From positions 1,536,001 through 1,600,000 of the forward strand of contig OZ255721.1 of NCBI GenBank assembly GCA_965277285.1: 64,000 nt of DNA. Direction: 5' to 3'. The notes below the pieces were generated by a model. It did no database searches and was not told where the DNA came from. It saw only the letters and a program-made list of their open reading frames with translations. The stretch comes from Abditibacteriaceae bacterium (lineage in GTDB: Bacteria > Armatimonadota > Abditibacteriia > Abditibacteriales > Abditibacteriaceae). Numbering within the stretch: position 1 is the first letter of the stretch; each line of letters starts with the position of its first letter. Made by a program: the position numbers and the translations under genes. Shown here piece by piece: positions 30,116 through 38,428 of the stretch.

Positions 30116-30206
30116 AACCAACGAACCCGAAGCGTGAGCGACGGGCTTAAGTAGAAACTACATGAACCGTGAACTAAGCCCGTCGCTCACGCTTCGGGTT
30201 CGTTGG
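30116..30206. repeat. REP-like family A inverted pair overlapping the yggU 3' end
   Basis: ACCAACGAACCCGAAGCGTGAGCGACGGGCTTA ... TAAGCCCGTCGCTCACGCTTCGGGTTCGTTGGT. Confidence 0.9.
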
Positions 30207-30510
30207 TCGTCGGCAGAGATTGCGACAAACGTTCACGAACTTGGTCTTCATTCAACAACGCGGCGCGCACGATTTTGTCCCGAACTGTCTGGCCACGCTC
30301 CAATGACAGCGCAGTTTTAGGCGTTTTCAAGGCTTTGGACAACACGTTCAAAACTGCCGCGTTCGCTTTTCCGTCTTCGGGCGCCGCCGTCACGCTGAGC
30401 AGCAAAGCGCCGTTACGCACGCCTTCAATTTTGTTGACGCAACCACGCGGACGAACCCGCAACGAAATCAAAACACCTTTATCGTCGGTGCGCAACGCGA
30501 GATCATTCAC
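30187..30510 (-). CDS. DUF167 (YggU-like) protein
   Basis: LRVRPR, VTAAPEDGKANAAV, GQTVRDK; in the yggS-sepF-proC cluster. Confidence 0.9.
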   Translation of the reverse strand: MNDLALRTDDKGVLISLRVRPRGCVNKIEGVRNGALLLSVTAAPEDGKANAAVLNVLSKALKTPKTALSLERGQTVRDKIVRAALLNEDQVRERLSQSLPTTNEPEA

Positions 30511-30556
30511 GATTTTTGAACCGCAAAGGCGCGGAGATGCAAAGAAAAAGTGAGTT

Positions 30557-30632
30557 GTAGGGGCGTCAGCTTGCTGCGCCCGTGTTCAACGTTTGATCTC
30601 GCAAAGTGGGCACGGCAAGCTGACGCCCCTAC
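30557..30632. repeat. GTAG-type REP doublet (family B)
   Basis: GTAGGGGCGTCAGCTTGCTGCGCCC ... GGGCACGGCAAGCTGACGCCCCTAC. Confidence 0.85.
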
Positions 30633-30641
30633 GAATCCAAT

Positions 30642-31493
30642 TCATTCCTTGCTGCTTCTCCGCACTTTGAGATGAATCAATTTCCCACTCAGTTCGCGCG
30701 AACGTTTGGTGGCCGCTTCGACGGCTTCCATTGTCGCACCGCGAAAAGCGCGTTTTTCCAGCGCCGCCAAACCCGCGATAGTGGTTCCGCCCGGCGAAGT
30801 CACCATGTCTTTTAATTGTCCGGGATGCTGTCTGGTTTCCAACACCATTTTCGCCGCGCCTAAAACCGTTTGCGCCGCGAGTTGCGTGGCCGTCGCGCGC
30901 GGCAAACCGTTTTGCACGCCGGCGTCGCTCAAGGCTTCGATGAACAAGTAAACGTACGCCGGGCCGGAGCCGGAAAGTCCCGTCACAGCATCCAGCAAAC
31001 TTTCCGGCACATCGACAACAATCCCGACCGCGCCGAAGATTTTGTGCGCCAATTCGCGCTGCGCTGCGCCCGCGTGTTCACCTAAACAAACGGCGCTCGC
31101 CGCCGCGCCGACCAGACACGGCGTGTTCGGCATCACACGCACAATCGGAAAGGGTTTTTCAAAGCCGCTTTGCAAGCGCGCGGTGGAAACTCCTGCCGCA
31201 ATCGAAATCAAGGTCTGGCTGACATGGAGTACTCGATAAAGCGGTTCGAGCGCCTTATCGACAACTTGCGGCTTGACAGCCAACAAAATCGCATCGCAAC
31301 CTTGCACGGCTTCTTCGGCACTCGATGCGACACGAATGCCGATTTCGTCGGACAAACGATGCAGCTTTGCCGCATCCAAATCGAAAGCGGAAATATTTTG
31401 CGGTTCGTAAACTTTGGCGTCGATCAGACCACGCATCAAGGCTTCACCCATCGCGCCCGCGCCTAAAAAAGCAATGCTTTCCGGTGATTTCAT
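30642..31493 (-). CDS. proC: Pyrroline-5-carboxylate reductase
   Basis: FLGAGAMG, LAVKPQ, RVMPNTP, GLSGSGPAY, VTSPGGTT. Confidence 0.97.
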   Translation of the reverse strand: MKSPESIAFLGAGAMGEALMRGLIDAKVYEPQNISAFDLDAAKLHRLSDEIGIRVASSAEEAVQGCDAILLAVKPQVVDKALEPLYRVLHVSQTLISIAAGVSTARLQSGFEKPFPIVRVMPNTPCLVGAAASAVCLGEHAGAAQRELAHKIFGAVGIVVDVPESLLDAVTGLSGSGPAYVYLFIEALSDAGVQNGLPRATATQLAAQTVLGAAKMVLETRQHPGQLKDMVTSPGGTTIAGLAALEKRAFRGATMEAVEAATKRSRELSGKLIHLKVRRSSKE

Positions 31494-31508
31494 AAAAGCG
31501 AATTGGTG

Positions 31509-31646
31509 AACGAACCCCAAGTGTGAGCGCGGGGCTGAAGTCACATCTACGTCAGCCCCGCGCTTACACAACTTGCCAGCGCACAAGTAGCGCTGACATC
31601 TGACCAGGCTGTTACTTCAGCCCCGCGCTCACGCTTGGGGTTCGTT
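31509..31646. repeat. REP-like family A inverted pair
   Basis: AACGAACCCCAAGTGTGAGCGCGGGGCTGAAG ... CTTCAGCCCCGCGCTCACGCTTGGGGTTCGTT. Confidence 0.85.
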
Positions 31647-31652
31647 AAAAAT

Positions 31653-32462
31653 TTATCGTTCCCACGGGCGGCGTTCGGCGGAATTATAAGCCTGCGGCGA
31701 AAAACTTTGCTGTGGAATTGGTTGTCCCGCGCTTGGCGAACTTTGCGGCGCCAATCCAGTACTCGATGGCGGCAGCGTTTGGCCTTGCGCACTTTGAGCG
31801 GCGCGCAACGCATCGCGCTGCGCGGAAATCTGCGCATTCAGCGGCGCGGATGTCACGACTGGCGCGCCGACGCTTTGCACCGTGACAGTTGAACTCGAAC
31901 TCGAAGAAGTTTTCTGCGCGTGTTCGACATCGCGGAAAAAGAAATCGGGGTTCTCGCCGTAATCGGTTTCGTCGCTGGTGATTTCAAATTCAGGCGGCGT
32001 GTACAGAAAAATCAGTTCGCCCAACTTCATGGCGTGTCCCTGGCCTTCCAATCCGTAGCAAACGCCGCTCATAAAATCGATGATGCGCACGGCTTTGCTG
32101 CGCTCGACTTCTTCCAGATTGATAATCACCGCGTCGCCCGCTTTGAGCGCGTCGGCGGCAATCGCGGCGTCTTCCTGCGTTTTGGGGCGCAGCGTGTAAA
32201 TATTCTTTTCGCGCGCGCGCAAAGGCGACGGCGCGACAGAACGCAGGCGCTTCACGCCGGAACCAACGCCGGAACCGCCGCCGTAAGAAGGTCGCGCGGA
32301 AGCGTCATAAGTTGGAGTTTGAGAAGGACGACTCGTTGCGGCTGTGTTCTGCGAAGTGTCTTCGGTTTCGTCGGTGTAATCGTTTTCGTCGTCGGCGTAT
32401 TCTTCTTCGCCGTGTCCCCAAATGTTGCGGATGCTGCGAACCGCCTGTGTCAATCCACTCAT
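31653..32462 (-). CDS. sepF: Cell division protein SepF with long low-complexity C-terminal extension
   Basis: ADALKAGDAVIINLE...RIIDFMSGVCYGLEG...IFLYTP; GGGAGG RBS; follows yggS. Confidence 0.9.
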   Translation of the reverse strand: MSGLTQAVRSIRNIWGHGEEEYADDENDYTDETEDTSQNTAATSRPSQTPTYDASARPSYGGGSGVGSGVKRLRSVAPSPLRAREKNIYTLRPKTQEDAAIAADALKAGDAVIINLEEVERSKAVRIIDFMSGVCYGLEGQGHAMKLGELIFLYTPPEFEITSDETDYGENPDFFFRDVEHAQKTSSSSSSTVTVQSVGAPVVTSAPLNAQISAQRDALRAAQSAQGQTLPPSSTGLAPQSSPSAGQPIPQQSFSPQAYNSAERRPWER

Positions 32463-32601
32463 TGACGCTGCCTCCCGTGCTGTAATCGTTGCTGCCGTGC
32501 GTGCTGTTAGCTGGTGCTGTGAATCGTTGCTGAAATGATGTCTGGGATAGTATAGAACTGACTTATTGTAACTTATTTCGCCTATCGTTTTGGTCTTTGT
32601 G

Positions 32602-33333
32602 TTAGCTTCGTTCGCCGAAAAGTCCGGTTCCAATGCGAATCATCGTCGCGCCTTCCTCAAGCGCGATTTCAAAATCGTTCGTCATGCCCATCGAAAGTTC
32701 GCTGATTTCAAAACTTCCCTTTCGAGTACTCGATTGGTTCAATTCGTCGCGCAGTTCGCGCAAGCGCCGAAAATAAGGCCGCGATTGTTCTGCATCGTCG
32801 TTCGCGGGTGGCAAACACATCAAACCGCGCACTTCCAAATTCGGCAATTCTGCGCAAAACTTCCACAAATCGGGCAATTCATTGATGTCGCAACCCGCTT
32901 TATTTGCTTCGTCGCCGATGTTGACCTGCAATAAAACACGTTGCACCACGTTTTGCGACTGCGCTTCTTTGTTCAAGGCTTGCGCCAAACTCGTGCGATC
33001 AACGCTGTGAATCAAGGCGAAACGCCCGACAACTTCGCGCGCTTTGTTGCTTTGCAAGGCTCCGATAAAATGCCATTGCAATGCGCGCTCATGGTTTCGA
33101 GTACTCGATAACGCTTCCACCTGAGACATTTCCGTCATTTTGTGAGCGGCTTCCTGCACATAGTTCTCGCCAAAATCGCGTAAACCCGCCGCAGAAAACT
33201 CTTGCAAACGCGCAACTGAAACCGTTTTACTGGCGCCAATCAGCGTAATTTCTGCGGGATTTCGCCCGCAACGTTCGCACGCGCCTTCGATGCGTTGCCA
33301 AATATGGCGCAAACTTTTTTCTGCAGTGTTCAC
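32602..33333 (-). CDS. yggS: PLP homeostasis protein YggS
   Basis: GASKT, FGENYVQEA, WHFIGALQSNK, HSVDR, LSMGMTNDF, IRIGTGLFG. Start inferred (GTG 33333). Confidence 0.95.
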   Translation of the reverse strand: MNTAEKSLRHIWQRIEGACERCGRNPAEITLIGASKTVSVARLQEFSAAGLRDFGENYVQEAAHKMTEMSQVEALSSTRNHERALQWHFIGALQSNKAREVVGRFALIHSVDRTSLAQALNKEAQSQNVVQRVLLQVNIGDEANKAGCDINELPDLWKFCAELPNLEVRGLMCLPPANDDAEQSRPYFRRLRELRDELNQSSTRKGSFEISELSMGMTNDFEIALEEGATMIRIGTGLFGERS

Positions 33334-33488
33334 AAAGTTATCCCCAACTATAACAGGAAGTCGTTTCAGCGGCAAACGACAAAGCATACCGTGAAACATC
33401 GAAGCGCGAGTGTTCTTTCTTTTTCGCCGCGAAACCTCCATACTTCCGTCATTCAGCTTTCACACTTTTCACGAACACAAACATCATT

Positions 33489-34460
33489 ATGTCTCTTGAA
33501 CACGCGTCTTTAGAAGATATTCCTCAACTCGTCGCGCTTTGGAACAACGCCTTTGGCGCCAATTGGCCGCTGACCGAACAACTTTTGCGCCAAACCTTGG
33601 AACACGATCCATTCTACGAACCGGAAGGCCATTTCGTGTGGCGCGAAAACGAAGAAATCGTCGGCTGGGCGTTGTGCAAATCGAATCGCAAAGTCGGGCC
33701 GGAACTGGGACGTTTTGAAAATCGCGGCGGAATCGGCGCTTTGTGCGTTCATCCCGATTTCCAACGTCGCGGACTGGGAACGCAACTTTTGCGCGCCTGC
33801 GAAGACCATTTGCAAAAGAACCATTCGCCGCTGACGACGCTTTGTTTTCCGCATCATTTGCTGCCTGGCATTCCCGAAGATTGCGCGTCTGGCGTGGCGT
33901 TTTTCAAGTCGCACGGTTACACAGGTTTTCACGAATGTGTTGATTTGTCGCGCGATCTCATCGAGTACTCGATTCCCGAAAAGGCCCTGAACGCGATGCA
34001 GCAAAATCCAAGTGTCGATCTGCGGCGCGGGCGCGAAGAAGAACACGAAAAAATTATCGCTTTCGTGTCGCGCGAATTTCCTGGTGGCTGGACATATTCC
34101 ACCAAAAACCATTTCGCGCGCGGCGGCAAAGCCAGCGACATCGTGGTCGCGGTCGAAAACAGCGAAGTTATCGGCTTTTGCCACACCACTGATTGGCGCA
34201 ATTCGTGGTTGTTGCCCAACGTTTACTGGCACGAACTTTTAGGCGAACATTACGGTGGTTTGGGGCCAATCGGCATCGGCAAGGAACATCGCAAACGCGG
34301 CTTAGGTTTAGCGATTTGCGCCGTCGCGGTGGAAGAGTTGAAACGCGCTGGCGTCGAAAAAATGGCGATTGATTGGACGACGTTGATTGATTTTTACGCG
34401 CAAATGGGTTTCACGGTTTGGAAGACGTATTTGCAGGCGGAGAAACCAGGCAAGGTGTAA
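33489..34460 (+). CDS. Tandem GNAT-family acetyltransferase
   Basis: Two acetyl-CoA motifs: VHPDFQRRGLGTQLL and IGKEHRKRGLGLA; FYAQMGF. Confidence 0.9.
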   Translation: MSLEHASLEDIPQLVALWNNAFGANWPLTEQLLRQTLEHDPFYEPEGHFVWRENEEIVGWALCKSNRKVGPELGRFENRGGIGALCVHPDFQRRGLGTQLLRACEDHLQKNHSPLTTLCFPHHLLPGIPEDCASGVAFFKSHGYTGFHECVDLSRDLIEYSIPEKALNAMQQNPSVDLRRGREEEHEKIIAFVSREFPGGWTYSTKNHFARGGKASDIVVAVENSEVIGFCHTTDWRNSWLLPNVYWHELLGEHYGGLGPIGIGKEHRKRGLGLAICAVAVEELKRAGVEKMAIDWTTLIDFYAQMGFTVWKTYLQAEKPGKV

Positions 34461-34462
34461 TA

Positions 34463-34978
34463 ATGTTCGTGATGGTGCAAGTGGTACGCATTTCCTGGAG
34501 CAAAGCATCGCGCGGCGGACATTTGGCCAGTTTGCGAACAGCCGTGCCGAACGCGTTTTCATTGAACAGCGACAAACTTCGATTGTGCAACGGCATTTAC
34601 ACTGAGGAACAGCATTGGTCGGAAAGCAACCATTTTCAGCGACCTGTTAAAACAAAACCGCATTGTGAAGAATCCGATTCTTACACCTTTCGTTGTGCAA
34701 CCATTTGTCGCTCAAAAGAAAAGGTCTCCATCGAATGGATTTGGAATTGGCAAACTGGTGCTCCTGAACGTTATCCAGCGCGACATCAATGGACAATTTG
34801 TCCTGATGAATGGCTCCAGCTTTGTTGGAATGGGCGCTTTTCCGATCACGACGGCGGACAATGGACATATGAAGAAGTAACGCTGAACGTCGCCTATACT
34901 TTTCAGAAGCCCGCAAATAACTTCTTCAACGATTCACAACCTTCTCGTCGCTGCGACCATCGCGCGCAACTCTGGTGA
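34463..34978 (+). CDS. Hypothetical protein
   Basis: ORF begins just after the GNAT stop with AAGGTG RBS; Trp-rich. Confidence 0.6.
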   Translation: MFVMVQVVRISWSKASRGGHLASLRTAVPNAFSLNSDKLRLCNGIYTEEQHWSESNHFQRPVKTKPHCEESDSYTFRCATICRSKEKVSIEWIWNWQTGAPERYPARHQWTICPDEWLQLCWNGRFSDHDGGQWTYEEVTLNVAYTFQKPANNFFNDSQPSRRCDHRAQLW

Positions 34979-35051
34979 TTGAGCAAAGCAAACATCGGTC
35001 TCGTTTTCATAAAGTGGCAACCTGGATTATTCGATATGGTAAGTCAAAGGT

Positions 35052-35894
35052 GTGATTGAATCAATGCTATTCAAACCACAGGGCAGCAAAGAAACTCCAA
35101 GTCGACCAAAACGCTCAAGACTGGTGCGTTTTGCTCTTATGAGTCTCGTCTGCATGATAGGAGCATTACTGGTTGCATTACTTGCATTGAGGGGAACAGA
35201 AACGAAGCGAGCTTCCATCAATAGTGCATCCAGATTGGCCAGGATAATTCCCGTAGAAACTCCGCCGGGTGTCGTGCGTTACGCCGCTGTCGGAGATTCC
35301 TACACCATTGGCCAAGGTGCTACTGCGGACCAGTGTTGGCCTGAGGTGGTCGCTGCCCATCTGACGCAAAGCGGGGTACCGACGCGCGTAGTCGCCAACG
35401 CCGCACTTACCGGCTGGACAACCCAAGACGTACTTGACCAGGGCTTGCCTTTCTACGAAGCGGCTCGTCCTACCTTTGCAACCTTGCAAATTGGAGTTAA
35501 CGACTGGATAGGCGGCGCTACTCCTGCCCAATTTCATACGAACCTGACACGCGTGCTGAATCGTATGCTAAAGGTCCTGCCTAACCCACAGCATTTGCTG
35601 CTGGTGACCATTCCCGACTTCTCGGTGACACCTCAAGGCGCTCGTTACAATCGAAGAGGCGGTGCGTCGGGTGGCATTAGTGCCTTCAATGCCATTATCA
35701 TTGCCGAGGCGCAACGTCGTCATCTACCTGTTGTAGACATCTTCGGAATTTCGCAAAAAATGGGCAGCGACATAACCTTGGTGGCTGACGACGAGCTACA
35801 TCCTTCGGCTTTGGAATATGAACATTGGGGAGAACAGATTTATCCAGTTGCGCTCCACCTGCTGCAAACTACGACTCCGGCTTCGGCAAAATAA
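35052..35894 (+). CDS. SGNH/GDSL hydrolase
   Basis: GDSYT block I, IGVND block III, DELHP block V; N-terminal TM anchor. Confidence 0.92.
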   Translation: MIESMLFKPQGSKETPSRPKRSRLVRFALMSLVCMIGALLVALLALRGTETKRASINSASRLARIIPVETPPGVVRYAAVGDSYTIGQGATADQCWPEVVAAHLTQSGVPTRVVANAALTGWTTQDVLDQGLPFYEAARPTFATLQIGVNDWIGGATPAQFHTNLTRVLNRMLKVLPNPQHLLLVTIPDFSVTPQGARYNRRGGASGGISAFNAIIIAEAQRRHLPVVDIFGISQKMGSDITLVADDELHPSALEYEHWGEQIYPVALHLLQTTTPASAK

Positions 35895-36072
35895 AATGCT
35901 CAAACAAAAGGCTCTGGAATCGCTCAGATAAAACTCTACCAAAACCACTGGAAGCGCTCTGCGGGATAAACCGACTTCCAAAGCCGACTTTTTCCTTATG
36001 CCAGATGCCAAAAATCACGTAATCGAGTACTCGATTGCGTGATTTCTTGACAGGCTTTCAAAACACAAGCAT

Positions 36073-36306
36073 TTAAGCAGCGGCAGTCGCCAAACGCTTG
36101 GCCAGGCGGCTTTTCTTGCGCGCGGCGGCGTTCTTGTGGATGACGCCTTTGGCGGCGGCGCGGTCGATAGCGCCAAAAGCGATGTGGGTGTCGCCAGCGA
36201 GGGCTTTGCGGGTTTCGGTTTTGATGCGAGTTTTTACGGCGCTATTAACAAGGCGCTTTTTGGCGTCCTGACGCAAACGTTTCTTGGCCGATGGGGTATT
36301 GGGCAT
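36073..36306 (-). CDS. rpsT: 30S ribosomal protein S20
   Basis: MPNTPSAKKRLRQ...IDRAAAKGVIHKNAAARKKSRL; AGGAG RBS. Confidence 0.97.
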   Translation of the reverse strand: MPNTPSAKKRLRQDAKKRLVNSAVKTRIKTETRKALAGDTHIAFGAIDRAAAKGVIHKNAAARKKSRLAKRLATAAA

Positions 36307-36375
36307 TTCTCTTGTCGTCTCCTGAATGAACCGAACGCATTTTAACGCGAACACAGATCAAATGCAAGTTTTATG

Positions 36376-36465
36376 GCCACAAAGAGCACAAAGAAGAGAA
36401 ACAACAAACTCACCGTTACCAATACTCGAACCTTTTCTTTGTGATTTCTGTGCTCTTTGTGGCTA
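36376..36465. repeat. REP-like family D inverted pair abutting the rnhA stop
   Basis: GCCACAAAGAGCACAAA ... TCTGTGCTCTTTGTGGCTA. Confidence 0.75.
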
Positions 36466-36942
36466 ATTCCTGATTTGACTGATCGCCGCGCGCGCCAGTT
36501 CGTCGCAGCGTTCGTTTTCGGCGTGTCCGGCGTGGCCGCGCACCCACGACATTTTATGCGGACGCGTTTGCAGCAAAGCGTTGATTTCCTGCCACAATTC
36601 CTGATTCTTGACGGGCTGTTTGGCGGCGTTTTTCCAGCCGTTTTTAATCCAGCCTTTCATCCAACTGGTGACGCCTTTGCACACGTATTCCGAATCGGAG
36701 ACGATTTCGACGCGCGTGCCTTCCTCAACCGCTTTCAAGCCTTCGATCAAAGCCTGCAATTCCATCTGATTGTTCGTCGTGCGCGACTTTCCGCCAGACA
36801 GTTCGCGGCGCGCGCCATTTTCTTCAACGATGGTTCCCCAGCCGCCCGGCCCGGGATTGCCGCTACACGCGCCATCGCACCAGATTTTGACAACGCCGGA
36901 TGTTGCGACCGTTGATGTTTCGTCTTCAAAAAGTGTTTTCAT
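36463..36942 (-). CDS. rnhA: Ribonuclease HI
   Basis: DGACSGNPGPGGWG, TTNNQMEL, DSEYV, WVRGHAGHAENERCDELA. Confidence 0.97.
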   Translation of the reverse strand: MKTLFEDETSTVATSGVVKIWCDGACSGNPGPGGWGTIVEENGARRELSGGKSRTTNNQMELQALIEGLKAVEEGTRVEIVSDSEYVCKGVTSWMKGWIKNGWKNAAKQPVKNQELWQEINALLQTRPHKMSWVRGHAGHAENERCDELARAAISQIRN

Positions 36943-37517
36943 TGGGCCGTTTTCGCCTTTCGAGTACTCGATTGCGCTTCGTGCTTCTTTTGATACGCAG
37001 CTTGGCCGTCTTTCACTAATTGACGCGCGCGTTCGGCGCCGCTGCGCGCCAGAACTTCAAACGTTTTGCCCTTGAACGTGTTGTAGGACACGAAAAAGTA
37101 TTCCATTTCGTCCAGGCGTGCGGCGTTGAGATGTTCGAGTTCTTCGACTTCTTTTTGCACGCGCGAATGTTCCGCGACGGCGATCAGACGGTCGTTGCGC
37201 GTGGTTTTTCCGTCGCGCTCAGTTTGATTGGCTTCGATGACGCCGACCAAGCGCGCCGTCACCAGACAACCGGCAAACGCGGGCGCGTCCATCAACACCA
37301 AAACATCCAAAGGATCGCCGTCTTCGCCCAAAGTCGACGGAACAAAGCCGAAATCGAAGGGAAAGGCCGCGCCAACTGGCATCGCGCCGCCCAGTTTGAA
37401 CAAGCCGGTTTCAGGATCGAAATCGAACTTATTCTGACTGCCTTTGGGCGTTTCAATAATCGCGTTCAGCATTCCGTCGCGGTCAAAAGTGGCGAGTTCA
37501 AAAGGAGATTGAGACAT
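36939..37517 (-). CDS. ppa: Inorganic pyrophosphatase (family I)
   Basis: IETPKGSQNK, FGFVPSTLGEDGDPLDVLV. Confidence 0.9.
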   Translation of the reverse strand: MSQSPFELATFDRDGMLNAIIETPKGSQNKFDFDPETGLFKLGGAMPVGAAFPFDFGFVPSTLGEDGDPLDVLVLMDAPAFAGCLVTARLVGVIEANQTERDGKTTRNDRLIAVAEHSRVQKEVEELEHLNAARLDEMEYFFVSYNTFKGKTFEVLARSGAERARQLVKDGQAAYQKKHEAQSSTRKAKTAQ

Positions 37518-37526
37518 CGAGAGATT

Positions 37527-37702
37527 ACCGCGAAGGACGCGAAGAAAAAGAAGTATCGAGTACTCGAAAGTCAGAGTTTGTCATTCTGAGCGCAATAAAG
37601 AATCTTGTTGAAGTTGGATTCTTCGTTTCACTCAGAATGACAAGTTATTGCGACGATTTTTAACTCTTCTTTTTCTTCGCGCTCTTCGCGTCCTTCGTGG
37701 TT
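37527..37702. repeat. Nested composite: family D-like outer pair, palindrome, family C inner pair (37578-37643)
   Basis: ACCGCGAAGGACGCGAAG ... CTTCGCGTCCTTCGTGGT enclosing TTGTCATTCTGAG ... CTCAGAATGACAA. Confidence 0.8.
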
Positions 37703-37708
37703 CAACAA

Positions 37709-38116
37709 TTAATTCAATTCGGGAAACCACAGTTTCAGTTCGCGCGCGGCGGATTCCGGTGAGTCGCTGCCGTGAATCAGGTTGGCCTGCTTGTCCAGCG
37801 TATAATCGCCGCGAATGCTGCCGGTCGCAGCATTCAAAGGATCCGTGGCGCCGATCATTTGACGCGACAAAGCGATTGCATTTTGGCCTTCAAAAACCAT
37901 CGCCAGCGACGGCGAACTGGTGATGAAATCGACCAGGCCGGGGAAAAACGGTTTGGCGTTGTGTTCTACGTAATGTTGTTCGGCCAGTTCGCGCGAAACC
38001 GTCATCAATTTGGCGGCGACCAGTTTGAAACCGCGCTTTTCAAAACGCGCCAAAATCTCGCCACTCAATCCGCGCGCCACGCCGTCCGGCTTGACGACAA
38101 TTAGTGTCCGTTCCAT
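37709..38116 (-). CDS. ndk: Nucleoside diphosphate kinase
   Basis: [27 protein letters not shown]. Confidence 0.98.
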   Translation of the reverse strand: MERTLIVVKPDGVARGLSGEILARFEKRGFKLVAAKLMTVSRELAEQHYVEHNAKPFFPGLVDFITSSPSLAMVFEGQNAIALSRQMIGATDPLNAATGSIRGDYTLDKQANLIHGSDSPESAARELKLWFPELN

Positions 38117-38210
38117 ATTGGGAAACCTCGTTGTAAATTGGGAAATGCGGCGGTAGTTTGACTGCGCACCGTTTTTGTCGCAAGGCGCGGCGCATTTGGA
38201 GTACTCGAAA

Positions 38211-38341
38211 AGGGAACACGGATTTCATACACGGATCGAACGGATGAACACGGATCAGAATGGAAAAATCAGTTGTCATCGTACGGGCGCATTGCAATGC
38301 GCCCGTACTTTCTATCTGTGTAACGAAGTTCCGTGTTCCCT
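38211..38341. repeat. REP-like family E pair with a nested perfect 28-bp palindrome
   Basis: AGGGAACACGGATTTCATACACGGAT ... TGTAACGAAGTTCCGTGTTCCCT enclosing GTACGGGCGCATTGCAATGCGCCCGTAC (38281-38308). Confidence 0.8.
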
Positions 38342-38428
38342 CTTGCCGCCGAGATTTCAAAACACAAGCGGGCGCGGCGCGCTAAACTGCAACGCACTTT
38401 TTCACCATCAAGTACGGAGACCATTCTT

